Shown here one piece after another: positions 10,194-19,689 of a stretch of 64,000 bases of DNA. The notes under the pieces are model-generated. The model was not told the DNA's origin. It did not search any database and was given only the letters and a program-made list of their open reading frames with translations. The position numbers were made by a program, and so were the translations under genes. Numbering within the stretch: position 1 is the stretch's first letter; each line of letters starts with the position of its first letter. The DNA is from an uncultured Lachnospiraceae bacterium (GTDB taxonomy: Bacteria; Bacillota; Clostridia; Lachnospirales; Lachnospiraceae), in assembly GCA_910588965.1 (NCBI GenBank), contig CAJUSO010000006.1:18463-82462 (forward strand). The letters run 5' to 3'.

Positions 10194-10310
10194 GCGCAAG
10201 ATGGCAGGTTCTGGCCAAGGGTCCACACTTTTGTCATAATTATATGTTAAAATACCCCAAAATATAAGGGACGCCCGATAGGCCAGGGCGGGGGAAAGGT
10301 GTGGGATATT

Positions 10311-10985
10311 ATGGAACGGCTGAAAATATTAGTAGTGGATGACGAGAGCAGGATGCGCAAGCTTGTGCGCGATTTTCTGGTAAAACAGGATTTTGATGTA
10401 ACAGAGGCTGAGGATGGAGAAGACGCCCTGAACAAATTCTATGCCCAAAAGGATATTGCGCTGGTAATCCTGGATGTCATGATGCCGAAAATCAACGGCT
10501 GGGACGTCTGCCGGGAAATCCGAGAGACCTCCAAGGTGCCGATTATCATGCTGACTGCCAAGGGGGAAGAAAGCGATGAGCTCCAGGGCTTCGGCATAGG
10601 GGCGGACGAGTATATTTCCAAGCCCTTCAGCCCTAAAATCCTGGTGGCCAGGGTAGAGGCTATCCTGCGCAGGACCAGCAAGAATGAAGAGGAAGTCTTA
10701 GAAATCGGCGGGATACGGATTGACAGGCTGGGACATCAGGTGCTGGTGGAGGGCCGGGAAGTGGAATTAAGCTACAAGGAATTTGAACTGCTCACTTATT
10801 TCATTGAGAATAAGGGGATAGCCCTTTCCCGGGAGAAGATCCTGAACCATGTATGGAATTACGACTATTTTGGCGATGCCAGGACGATTGATACCCACGT
10901 AAAGAAGCTGCGCAGCAAGCTGGGCGCCAAGGGAGAGTATATCAAGACCATCTGGGGCATGGGTTACAAATTTGAAGTAGAGTAA
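10311..10985 (+). CDS. OmpR-family response regulator
   Basis: ILVVDDE, LDVMMP, KPFS and winged-helix RTIDTHVKKLRSKL. Confidence 0.95.
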   Translation: MERLKILVVDDESRMRKLVRDFLVKQDFDVTEAEDGEDALNKFYAQKDIALVILDVMMPKINGWDVCREIRETSKVPIIMLTAKGEESDELQGFGIGADEYISKPFSPKILVARVEAILRRTSKNEEEVLEIGGIRIDRLGHQVLVEGREVELSYKEFELLTYFIENKGIALSREKILNHVWNYDYFGDARTIDTHVKKLRSKLGAKGEYIKTIWGMGYKFEVE

Positions 10986-11018
10986 AGGGCAATCTTGCAC
11001 GATTTGAGGTAGAGAAGG

Positions 11019-12500
11019 ATGAGGTATTCCATTACAAGGAAAATTACAGCAATCATGGTTAGCATTGTGGCCGGCACAGTTTTACTGTGCTGGTTTATTA
11101 ATACTACCCTTTTGGGGTCTTATTATATAGAGCATAAACAGAAGATGCTCCTGGATACTTTCCAGATGGTGGATAAAGAAAGCGAATCAGGCCGGACGGA
11201 CCGGAAGGATTTCAAGATTGCCTTGGAGCGGCAGTGTGCCAACAGCAATATTACCATGATGATTATCAGGCCGGACAGCACGATTGTGCAGTCCAATGTA
11301 GGGAATGATACGGTATTATTGCTGCAGTTCATGCAGCTGGTGTTCCACACGGGGGACCAGGAGGCGGAGATTGTAGAGAATACGGAGCGCTATACGGTGG
11401 AACGGACAAAGGATAACCGCCTGGAATCGGAATACCTGGTGCTGTGGGGGAACCTGCAGAACGGCAACCTGATTTTAATGCGGGCGGCGGTAGAGAGCAT
11501 CCGGGAAAGCGTAGGGATTGCCAACCGTTTCCTGGGCTATGTGGGTATCTGTGCAGTGGTTGTCTGTACGGTAATCATCTATATGGTCACCAGGCGGATC
11601 ACAAACCCTATCCTGCAGCTTGCAGAGCTATCCAAGCGGATGACGAACCTGGATTTTGACGCCAAGTTCCATAGCCGTGGGAATAATGAGATTGATTTGC
11701 TGGGCGAGCATATGAACCAGATGTCGGAGACTTTGGAGCGGACGATTTCAGAGTTAAAGAGCGCCAATAATGAACTGAAATCTGACATTGCGAAAAAGAC
11801 GGAAATTGATACGATGCGTAAGGAGTTTATTTCCAATGTGTCCCATGAACTGAAAACCCCGATTGCCTTAATCCAGGGCTATGCCGAGGGGCTGCAGGAA
11901 TGCATCAATGACGACGAGGCCAGCCGTGAGTTTTATTGTGAGGTAATTATGGATGAAGCAGATAAAATGAACCAGCTGGTAAAAAACCTGCTGACTTTGA
12001 ACCAGCTGGAATCCGGCGGGGAGCAGGTAGCCTTTGAACGGTTTGACCTGATGGAAGTCGTCCGCGGCGTGGTACAGTCGACTGCCATCCTGCGGGAACA
12101 GGGCGGCATTATCCTGCGCCTGTATGGGGAGGGGCCTGCGTATGTCTGGGCGGATGAATTTAAGACGGAGCAGGTCTTAACGAATTATGTCAGCAACGCC
12201 ATCCATTATGCCAGCGGGGAAAAGCGGATTGAACTGACGGTGGAGCAGAGAGAGGATGTGGTGAGGGTGGAGGTGTTCAATACCGGCAGCCATATCCCAG
12301 AAGAGGACCTGGGGCATATTTGGGAGAAGTTCTATAAAGTGGATAAAGCAAGGACCAGGGAGTACGGCGGGAATGGCATTGGGCTGTCGATTGTAAAGGC
12401 GATTATGGACTCTTTCCACAGGGAATGCGGGGTAAGGAATGAAGAAGACGGCGTGGCCTTTTGGTTCGAGTTGGACAGGAAGGCTGAAAATTTTGGATAG
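11019..12500 (+). CDS. Membrane HAMP-domain sensor histidine kinase
   Basis: Two TMs, HAMP, SHELKTP H-box, NAIHY N-box, GNGIGLSI G2 box. Confidence 0.95.
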   Translation: MRYSITRKITAIMVSIVAGTVLLCWFINTTLLGSYYIEHKQKMLLDTFQMVDKESESGRTDRKDFKIALERQCANSNITMMIIRPDSTIVQSNVGNDTVLLLQFMQLVFHTGDQEAEIVENTERYTVERTKDNRLESEYLVLWGNLQNGNLILMRAAVESIRESVGIANRFLGYVGICAVVVCTVIIYMVTRRITNPILQLAELSKRMTNLDFDAKFHSRGNNEIDLLGEHMNQMSETLERTISELKSANNELKSDIAKKTEIDTMRKEFISNVSHELKTPIALIQGYAEGLQECINDDEASREFYCEVIMDEADKMNQLVKNLLTLNQLESGGEQVAFERFDLMEVVRGVVQSTAILREQGGIILRLYGEGPAYVWADEFKTEQVLTNYVSNAIHYASGEKRIELTVEQREDVVRVEVFNTGSHIPEEDLGHIWEKFYKVDKARTREYGGNGIGLSIVKAIMDSFHRECGVRNEEDGVAFWFELDRKAENFG

Positions 12501-12509
12501 AAAATTTAG

Positions 12510-12538
12510 TTGCCCTGTGGAATAATTGATGGTAGAAT
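12510..12538 (+). promoter_or_regulatory. Sigma-A-like promoter of the lipoprotein gene
   Basis: TTGCCC-N17-TAGAAT with an extended TG. Confidence 0.5.
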
Positions 12539-12597
12539 AGAAGTAACGATTCAAAAAAGGTGAAGAGGAATATGAGAATGGAAAGGAAGACAGGCAA

Positions 12598-13383
12598 ATG
12601 AAGAAGTTCATAAAAACAGGGATAGCGCTGACGGCGGCGGCAATGTTTCTGTCTGGGTGCGGGGAAGGGCTGATGGTAATGAACGAGAAGGAAGAGGCGA
12701 TTGTCGTAAGCTATTCCGCCGGCGCCCTGGCGAAGCGGAACCGTTACCAGCCAGAAGGCCTGACTGCCGTATACCAAGGGGAAGAGGATGAGGCGGAGGA
12801 AGAAGAGCCGAAGGAAGCGGCAGAGAAGGAAGAGCCGGCAGAGATAGAAGCGCCAGAGGAAAAAGCCCAGGAGCCAGGCAGCGCCGAAGCGCCGGGAGGA
12901 GAAGCCCAGGAGCCGGGCAGCGCCGAAGCGCCGGGAGGAGAAGCCCAGGAACCTGGGGAAGCAGCGGCGTACGCTAGCCTGACAGACGCGCTGGGGTTAA
13001 AGGGCATCCAGGTTTCCTACCAGGATTATTTTATCAGCGATACTTACCAGCAAGGGGATTATTATATCTTGAATGCCAAGGAAGGGAATACCTTTGTGAT
13101 ATTAAATTTCAATATTGCAAACAGTGGGGCCGGGGAAACCTTGTGCGACATACTGTCCCTCCAGCCTATTTTCACGCTGGATGTGGAAGGGGAGGCCGGC
13201 ATCCGGAATGAGGTGACCATGCTGGACAATGACATGGCTACTTACAAGAAGCCCGTCGGGCCAGGGCAGACGGACACGGCTGTCCTGCTGTTCGAAGTAC
13301 CAAAAGATGCAGCAGAGGCCATGTCTGGCATACGCCTTAGCCTGCTTGTGGATGGAGAGGCCAATGATATCGCGTTAGATTAA
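12598..13383 (+). CDS. Lipoprotein with acidic linker and DUF4352-like C-terminal domain
   Basis: Lipobox LSGC; E/P/A-rich linker; C-terminal FVILNFNIAN..VGPGQTDTAVLLFEVP resembles DUF4352-type folds. Confidence 0.65.
   Translation: MKKFIKTGIALTAAAMFLSGCGEGLMVMNEKEEAIVVSYSAGALAKRNRYQPEGLTAVYQGEEDEAEEEEPKEAAEKEEPAEIEAPEEKAQEPGSAEAPGGEAQEPGSAEAPGGEAQEPGEAAAYASLTDALGLKGIQVSYQDYFISDTYQQGDYYILNAKEGNTFVILNFNIANSGAGETLCDILSLQPIFTLDVEGEAGIRNEVTMLDNDMATYKKPVGPGQTDTAVLLFEVPKDAAEAMSGIRLSLLVDGEANDIALD
12847..12957 (+). repeat. 39-bp in-frame tandem repeat (~2.8 copies; EAPGGEAQEPGSA)
   Basis: Units start GAAGCGCC at 12847, 12886 and 12925. Confidence 0.9.
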
Positions 13384-13531
13384 GATAATTTCAAAATGTT
13401 GTATATTTTTCAGAAACCCTATGGTATAATGATTACAATTATAGTGGCTATGGAGGTATGGATAGTTACTGGTTATGGATTATTGGCAGGGTTTTGAGAG
13501 GGAAATATGCCGGAGAGGAGAGGACACAATT

Positions 13532-14461
13532 ATGGATACACAAATTCTATTAGAGAATGGCACAAATGAGCTGGAGGTATTGGAATTTACATTGGGCGGG
13601 AACCATTATGGCATCAATGTGGCAAAAATCCGGGAGATTTTAACATATCAGCCGGTTACCCCCATCCCGAATTCCCATCCCAGTGTGGAAGGTATTTTCA
13701 TGCCAAGGGATACGATGATTACCGTTATCAATCTGCGTAACTGCCTGGGCTTCCCAGACCATGAGAAAGATGGGCTGTTTATCATCACCAATTTTAACAA
13801 GCTGAACATTGCATTCCATGTGGACGAGGTCTGCGGCATCCACAGGTTTTCCTGGACAGAGATTATTAAGCCGGATTCTACTATTAATATAGAAGAAAAT
13901 GGGGTGTCCACGGGCGTCGTGAAGCTGGAGGAACGCCTTATTGTCATTTTGGATTTTGAGAAGATTGTGACAGATATCAGCCCGGAGACAGGGTTGCAGA
14001 TGTCTGATTTGGATGATTTGGAGGAGCGCATAAGGAGCGATTCCCCAATTATGATTGCAGAGGATTCCCCCTTGCTGTCAAAGCTGATTACCGACTGCCT
14101 CAAGAAGGCGGGCTACACCAAGCTGAATGTGAACAGCAACGGCCAAGAAGCCTGGGATAAGCTATGTGAGTACCAGAAAGAGGGAAGCCTGGATGAAAAG
14201 GTACATATGGTGATTACGGATATTGAGATGCCTTTGATGGATGGGCATAGGCTCACCAAGCTGATTAAGGATGACGAAGAACTGAACCATATCCCTGTGG
14301 TTATCTTCTCTTCCCTTGTCAATGATGAGATGAGGCGCAAAGGCGAGATGCTAGGGGCGGACGCCCAGCTGACCAAGCCAGAGATTGGCAAGCTGGTGGG
14401 CGCCATCGACAAGCTTTTAGACCAGCATAAAGAGGCAGTTGCACGGAAAGCCGGCGCATAG
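13532..14461 (+). CDS. cheV: Chemotaxis coupling protein CheV (CheW + receiver)
   Basis: GTNELEVLEF..YGINVAKIREI CheW domain; AEDS, TDIEMP.MDG receiver; GGAG RBS before 13532. Confidence 0.93.
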   Translation: MDTQILLENGTNELEVLEFTLGGNHYGINVAKIREILTYQPVTPIPNSHPSVEGIFMPRDTMITVINLRNCLGFPDHEKDGLFIITNFNKLNIAFHVDEVCGIHRFSWTEIIKPDSTINIEENGVSTGVVKLEERLIVILDFEKIVTDISPETGLQMSDLDDLEERIRSDSPIMIAEDSPLLSKLITDCLKKAGYTKLNVNSNGQEAWDKLCEYQKEGSLDEKVHMVITDIEMPLMDGHRLTKLIKDDEELNHIPVVIFSSLVNDEMRRKGEMLGADAQLTKPEIGKLVGAIDKLLDQHKEAVARKAGA

Positions 14462-14530
14462 ATGGCGTGAGCCGGCGGCTGGTGCAGGCATGGCTGCCTG
14501 GCTGGCTGCCAGTAGGGATTGATTGCCGGG

Positions 14531-14582
14531 AAAGAGGCGCGTTTGGAAAATTTTGCAAAGTAATTTTCTGATGCGCCTTTTT
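14531..14582 (+). terminator. Hairpin plus T tract after cheV
   Basis: AGGCGCGT/ATGCGCCT and GGAAAATT/AATTTTCT arms followed by TTTT. Confidence 0.55.
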
Positions 14583-14659
14583 GCGCACCACACAGCCTGA
14601 CGCAGGCAGAAGATCCGGCGGGGCAGGTTGGTTATCGTCGATACATAAGGAGGAAAGGA

Positions 14660-15373
14660 ATGGACAGAGTATCATTGGAAAAGGAATTGAAAGGGAACGC
14701 TTACCCAGGCAGGGGCATAGTGATAGGCAAGTCCCAGGATGGGAAATATGCGGTTACTGCTTATTTTATTATGGGCAGGAGTGAGAATAGCCGCAACCGT
14801 ATCTTTGTAAAGGAGGGGGAAGGCATCCGGACACAGGCGTTTGACCCTGCCAAGATGAGCGACCCCAGCCTTGTGATTTATGCCCCAGTCCGGGTGCTGG
14901 GCAATAAGACCATTGTAACCAATGGGGATCAGACCGATACGGTCTATGAGCTTATGGACAAGCAGCAGACGTTTGAACAGGCTTTGCGCACCCGGGAGTT
15001 TGAGCCGGACGCGCCCAATTATACGCCCCGTATTTCAGGCATTATGCATGTAGGGGATGGCAGCTACAATTATGCCATGTCCATCTTAAAGAGCAGCAAC
15101 GGCAACCCTGCAGCCTGCAGCCGCTATACCTTTGCCTATGAGAACCCTTTAGACGGGGAAGGGCGTTTTATCCATACTTATATGGGGGATGGGGAGCCGC
15201 TGCCCAGCTTCGAGGGGGAACCGAAGCTTGTGGCAATCGAAGGGACGATTGACGAATTTGCTGCCCAGCTTTGGGAGAGCCTCAATGAGGATAATAAGGT
15301 ATCCCTGTTTGTACGCTATATTGAGATTGCAACCGGAAGCTATGAGACGCGGATTATAAATAAACACCAGTAG
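14660..15373 (+). CDS. IMP cyclohydrolase, PurO-like (Ntn fold)
   Basis: [29 protein letters not shown] and [14 protein letters not shown] resemble archaeal PurO-type motifs; adjacent to an AICAR transformylase. Confidence 0.85.
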   Translation: MDRVSLEKELKGNAYPGRGIVIGKSQDGKYAVTAYFIMGRSENSRNRIFVKEGEGIRTQAFDPAKMSDPSLVIYAPVRVLGNKTIVTNGDQTDTVYELMDKQQTFEQALRTREFEPDAPNYTPRISGIMHVGDGSYNYAMSILKSSNGNPAACSRYTFAYENPLDGEGRFIHTYMGDGEPLPSFEGEPKLVAIEGTIDEFAAQLWESLNEDNKVSLFVRYIEIATGSYETRIINKHQ

Positions 15374-15386
15374 AATGGAGGAACAG

Positions 15387-16565
15387 ATGCAGGAATTAGA
15401 GTTAAAATATGGATGTAACCCCAACCAGAAGCCATCAAGGATCTATGTGGAGCAAGGCGGGCTGCCCATAAAAGTGCTGAACGGCAAGCCAGGTTATATC
15501 AATTTCCTGGATGCATTCAATGGATGGCAGCTTGTGAAGGAACTGAAGGCAGCTACAGGGCTTCCGGCAGCCACGTCTTTTAAGCATGTTTCCCCGGCAG
15601 GGGCGGCCGTAGGGCTTCCCATGTCCGAGGTGGAGAAGAAAATTTATTGGGTAGATGATATGGACATGGAGTTTACCCCCCTTGCCAATGCCTATGCCAG
15701 GGCCAGGGGCGCGGACCGTATGTCCTCTTTTGGGGATTTTATCTCCCTGTCGGACGTCTGTGATGTGGCTACGGCCAAGATTATCAAGAGGGAAGTGTCG
15801 GACGGCGTGATTGCCCCAGGATATGAGCCGGAGGCATTAGAAATCTTGAAGGCCAAGAAAAATGGCAATTACAATGTAGTGGAAATCGATCCCTCCTATG
15901 TGCCGGCCCCGATTGAGCGCAAGGAAGTGTTTGGCATTACATTTGAGCAGGGCAGGAATGAACTGAAAATTGACAGCGATTTCTTTGCAAATGTGGTAAC
16001 GGAGAAGAAGGAGATTCCAGAGCAGGCCAAGATTGACCTGGCGATTGCGATGATTACCTTAAAATATACCCAGTCCAATTCTGTCTGCTATGCCAAGGGC
16101 GGCCAGGCCATCGGCATCGGAGCGGGGCAGCAGTCCAGGATCCACTGTACCCGCCTGGCAGGGCAGAAGGCAGATAACTGGTATCTGCGCCAGGCGCCGA
16201 AGGTACTGGGGCTGCAGTTCGTAGAAGGGATTGGGCGGGCAGACCGTGACAATGCCATTGATCTGTATATTGGGGAGGATTATATGGATGTGATGGCGGA
16301 TGGGGCCTGGGAGAAAACCTTCCAGGTAAAGCCGGAGGTATTTACCCAGGAGGAGAAGCGGGAATGGCTAGGGCAGCTGTCAGGCGTAGCCCTGGGTTCA
16401 GATGCGTTCTTCCCCTTTGGGGACAATATTGAAAGGGCCCATCGGAGCGGTGTCGCTTATGTGGCAGAGCCGGGCGGCTCTATCCGGGACGACCATGTGA
16501 TTGCCACTTGCAATAAGTACGGGATGGCCATGTGCTTTACAGGGATACGGCTGTTCCATCATTAA
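15387..16565 (+). CDS. purH: AICAR transformylase (PurH formyltransferase domain only)
   Basis: [45 protein letters not shown]; no N-terminal MGS/IMPCH domain. Confidence 0.9.
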   Translation: MQELELKYGCNPNQKPSRIYVEQGGLPIKVLNGKPGYINFLDAFNGWQLVKELKAATGLPAATSFKHVSPAGAAVGLPMSEVEKKIYWVDDMDMEFTPLANAYARARGADRMSSFGDFISLSDVCDVATAKIIKREVSDGVIAPGYEPEALEILKAKKNGNYNVVEIDPSYVPAPIERKEVFGITFEQGRNELKIDSDFFANVVTEKKEIPEQAKIDLAIAMITLKYTQSNSVCYAKGGQAIGIGAGQQSRIHCTRLAGQKADNWYLRQAPKVLGLQFVEGIGRADRDNAIDLYIGEDYMDVMADGAWEKTFQVKPEVFTQEEKREWLGQLSGVALGSDAFFPFGDNIERAHRSGVAYVAEPGGSIRDDHVIATCNKYGMAMCFTGIRLFHH

Positions 16566-16569
16566 AGGG

Positions 16570-16612
16570 AAAAGGCTCCCGGCGCAGCAGATGCGGCCAG
16601 GAGCCTTTGTTT
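16570..16612. terminator. Likely bidirectional terminator between purH and pncB
   Basis: AAAGGCTCC/GGAGCCTTT stem with A and T tracts between convergent genes. Confidence 0.7.
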
Positions 16613-16628
16613 CTGCCTATCCCGTCGC

Positions 16629-18083
16629 TTAATGGATATCCGAATATTCATTCAGGATTTTCCGTTTCATATCGAAAAGCTTGTCTGATAAATCCACATA
16701 GACTTCATGGGGATTGGCAAAACGCTTCGTCTCATTCCAGAGGGTTTCTTTTTCCTGGGCGCAGTATGTTTGGATGTCCATGGCCTTGGGGGACTGGTAG
16801 ACGCATTCCCCCTTTTGGAAGATGGGCGTAAGCAATTTGCGCATCGTATAAGTGCCGCCTTTCAGGCAGGTTTTTTTCCATGTCTCTAAAGGGTCGAAGA
16901 GCAGCAAATCCTTATCTGTGTCAAAAGATTCCCCTTCCAGGCAGATGTAGTCTGCCCGGATTTTCCCAGAATCCTTTTCATAAATCCGGTACACCGTCTT
17001 GTTGCCAGGGTTCGTTACTTTCTCCGTATTTTCAGAAAGCTTGATTTTGGGCAGGAAGGAGCCGTCCTTCCCTTTTATGGCCGCCAGCTTGTATACCCCT
17101 CCGAAAGCGGGGCAGTCTTTGGAGGTAATCAGGTTCGTGCCGACGCCCCAGGAGGTTATCTTCGCCCCTTGGCTCTTTAGGTTCTCAATCAGGTATTCAT
17201 CCAGGTCATTGGAAGCGGAAATCACAGCGTCTGCAAACCCGGCCTCATCCAGCATCCGCCGCGCCACTTTGGACAGGTAGGCCAGGTCGCCGCTGTCCAT
17301 GCGGATACCATAAGAGCCCAAGGGGATGCCTGCTTCCCGCATTTCCCGGAAGACCCGGATGGCATTGGGGACGCCGGAGGTCAGCGTGTCGTACGTGTCG
17401 ACCAGCAGGATGCAGGCAGAAGGGTAAAGCCTTGCATAGGCCTTGAAGGCAGTGTATTCATCCGGGAAGCCCATAATCCAGCTATGGGCATGGGTGCCCT
17501 TTATGGGAACGCCAAACATTTTCCCGCATAGCACGTTGGAAGTACCGCAGCATCCCCCAATGACCGCTGCCCGCGCACCGTAAACCCCAGCATCCGGCCC
17601 CTGCGCCCGCCGCAGGCCAAATTCCATGACGCCGTCCCCCTGGGCTGCATAGCAGACCCTGGCAGCCTTGGTGGCAATCAGGCTCTGGTGGTTCAGGATA
17701 TTTAAAATGGCGGTCTCGACCAGCTGTGCCTCCATGATGGGGGCGATGACCTTGACCAACGGCTCCCGTGGGAAAATAACGGTGCCTTCCGGGATTGCGT
17801 AGATATCGCCAGAGAAATGGAAGCCTTCCAGGTATTCCAGGAAATCCCCATCAAAAATCCCCAGGCTCCTAAGGTAGGAAATATCTTCTTCTGTAAAATG
17901 CAGCCCTTTGATATAGCCGATAATCTGTTCTAGGCCGGCACAGATGGCATAGCCCCCATTGCTGGGGTTATTCCGGAAAAACGCGTCAAAGACGACAGTC
18001 TCATGGCTGCCCGTCTTGAAATAGCCCTGCATCATGGTCAGTTCGTAAAGGTCTGTCAGTAAGGTTAAATTTGAGGTGTCCAT
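16629..18083 (-). CDS. pncB: Nicotinate phosphoribosyltransferase
   Basis: LLTDLYELTM, EFGLRRAQG, GTHAHS, LVDTYD, IRMDSGDL, GGVYKL. Confidence 0.95.
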   Translation of the reverse strand: MDTSNLTLLTDLYELTMMQGYFKTGSHETVVFDAFFRNNPSNGGYAICAGLEQIIGYIKGLHFTEEDISYLRSLGIFDGDFLEYLEGFHFSGDIYAIPEGTVIFPREPLVKVIAPIMEAQLVETAILNILNHQSLIATKAARVCYAAQGDGVMEFGLRRAQGPDAGVYGARAAVIGGCCGTSNVLCGKMFGVPIKGTHAHSWIMGFPDEYTAFKAYARLYPSACILLVDTYDTLTSGVPNAIRVFREMREAGIPLGSYGIRMDSGDLAYLSKVARRMLDEAGFADAVISASNDLDEYLIENLKSQGAKITSWGVGTNLITSKDCPAFGGVYKLAAIKGKDGSFLPKIKLSENTEKVTNPGNKTVYRIYEKDSGKIRADYICLEGESFDTDKDLLLFDPLETWKKTCLKGGTYTMRKLLTPIFQKGECVYQSPKAMDIQTYCAQEKETLWNETKRFANPHEVYVDLSDKLFDMKRKILNEYSDIH

Positions 18084-18180
18084 AGTGTGCTCCTTTTATG
18101 CAATGGTTTTGGCGCTCCTGCCTTGCTCTTTTATCTATTATAGGAGATTCCCGGCTGTAATTGCAAGTATATTTTTACAG

Positions 18181-18240
18181 AAAAGAATCCCAGGGCATGC
18201 CGGATTTTTTCTATGCCAGGCATGCCCTGGGCGGTGATTC
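18181..18240 (-). terminator. Terminator closing the catabolic operon
   Basis: 13-bp stem CCCAGGGCATGCC/GGCATGCCCTGGG with a U tract on the minus strand. Confidence 0.75.
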
Positions 18241-18255
18241 GCATCTATCTAAAAT

Positions 18256-18918
18256 CTATTCCCCGCACATGGGCTTTAAATCTTTGCTGATAATCAGCTG
18301 GGCTTCTGTAGCTTCCTGGATCTGCCCTAAGGTAAACGCGGGATTGTATTCTGCCAGCACCAGCCCTTCCCCTGTCACTTCAATGACGGCCATTTCTGTA
18401 ATGATTTTATCCACGCATCTGACTGCCGTATAAGGCAGGCGGCATTTTTTTAAAATCTTGGGGGCGCCTTTTGCCGTATGCTCCATGGCGATAATCACGT
18501 TCTTCGCCCCTACGAGAAGATCCATGGCGCCGCCCATGCCCGGCATTTTTTTCCCAGGGATAATCCAGTTGGAGAGTGAGCCTTCCTCATCCACCTCAAG
18601 CCCCCCTAAGATAGTGGCGTCCACATGCCCGCCGCGGATCATGGCGAAGGAGGTAGCGGAGTCTATAAACGCCCCTCCGGCATCCACTGCCGAAGGGGAA
18701 CCCCCGGCGTCTACGATATGGAGGGGGCTGTGTGTCCAATCATCCACCGCGGCCGTGCCTACAATGCCATTTTCAGACTGGAGCACCACATGCACGTCTT
18801 CTGGCAGGTACTGGGGGACCAAGGTAGGCAGCCCAATCCCTAAGTTCACCACATCCCCGTCATGGAGTTCCTTTGCCACGCGTTTTGCAATAAAGCCTTT
18901 GATTTCAGACCGTTCCAC
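18256..18918 (-). CDS. Family I 3-oxoacid CoA-transferase, beta subunit
   Basis: VNLGIGLPT, catalytic QSENG, RGGHVD, GMGGAMDL. Confidence 0.93.
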   Translation of the reverse strand: MERSEIKGFIAKRVAKELHDGDVVNLGIGLPTLVPQYLPEDVHVVLQSENGIVGTAAVDDWTHSPLHIVDAGGSPSAVDAGGAFIDSATSFAMIRGGHVDATILGGLEVDEEGSLSNWIIPGKKMPGMGGAMDLLVGAKNVIIAMEHTAKGAPKILKKCRLPYTAVRCVDKIITEMAVIEVTGEGLVLAEYNPAFTLGQIQEATEAQLIISKDLKPMCGE

Positions 18919-19606
18919 GTTTTTTTCCTCCTCTCACCACATAATCAACATAAATGCTCTGGGTGCGTACATCCTCCGGGCGGATGTACCCCAAATACAC
19001 GATTTCTTCCGCCTCTACGATAACAGTATCTGCAGCTGTCGCCATCAGCGGGTTGAAATTGCTGGTGGCTCCCCTGTACCAGATATTTCCTTTCGGGTCG
19101 ACCACAGACCCAGCGATAATTGCAATATCTGCCCGGATGGCATCCATCATCAGGTATTCTTTCCCATGGATGGACTGCTTGCCCAGGCAGAGGGGGGAAT
19201 CCTCCACGATAGTGCCCACGCCCGTGGGGGTCAGCACGCCGCCCAGCCCAGCGCCGCCGGCGCGGATCATCTCAGCCAGTGAGCCTTGGGGCACCAGGAT
19301 AACCTCTAGGGTCTTGTCTTCCATCGACTGTTTTGCCACTTCAGGGTTCAGCCCCACATGGGTGGCAATAAACCGCTTTACCTGATGGTTATGTACCAGC
19401 TTGGCCACGCCGTAATGCTCTTCCCGCATGGGACCTCCAGGCATAGAGGCGTCATTGCAGATGATTGTCAGATCTTTTACCTCACTGTCAGCCAGGACGT
19501 CTATTAAGTCATGGGGCGTCCCGCATCCCATAAAGCCGCCTACCATAACCGTCATGCCGTCATGGATTAGCGCAGCCGCATCTTCTAATGATAATAGTGT
19601 AGGCAT
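18905..19606 (-). CDS. Family I CoA-transferase, alpha subunit
   Basis: DGMTVMVGGFMGCGTP, PQGSLAEMIRAGGAG, TPTGVGT, NFNPLMATAAD; overlaps the beta gene. Confidence 0.93.
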   Translation of the reverse strand: MPTLLSLEDAAALIHDGMTVMVGGFMGCGTPHDLIDVLADSEVKDLTIICNDASMPGGPMREEHYGVAKLVHNHQVKRFIATHVGLNPEVAKQSMEDKTLEVILVPQGSLAEMIRAGGAGLGGVLTPTGVGTIVEDSPLCLGKQSIHGKEYLMMDAIRADIAIIAGSVVDPKGNIWYRGATSNFNPLMATAADTVIVEAEEIVYLGYIRPEDVRTQSIYVDYVVRGGKKRGTV

Positions 19607-19689
19607 TGCCGTTACCTCCTGTTCATTTTCTGCTTTCTGGTGTTTTGGGGATATGCCCTGCCCTTTACGCGCAGGCTGGCGCTATCCCC

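Noticed and set aside
12847..12957. CRISPR array
   Set aside because: Contiguous in-frame coding repeats with no unique spacers and no cas genes.
14462..14659. ZTP (pfl) riboswitch expected upstream of the purO-like/purH pair
   Set aside because: The conserved GACUG(G/A)CG and CGCCUGGGC elements are absent; only a terminator-like hairpin is visible.
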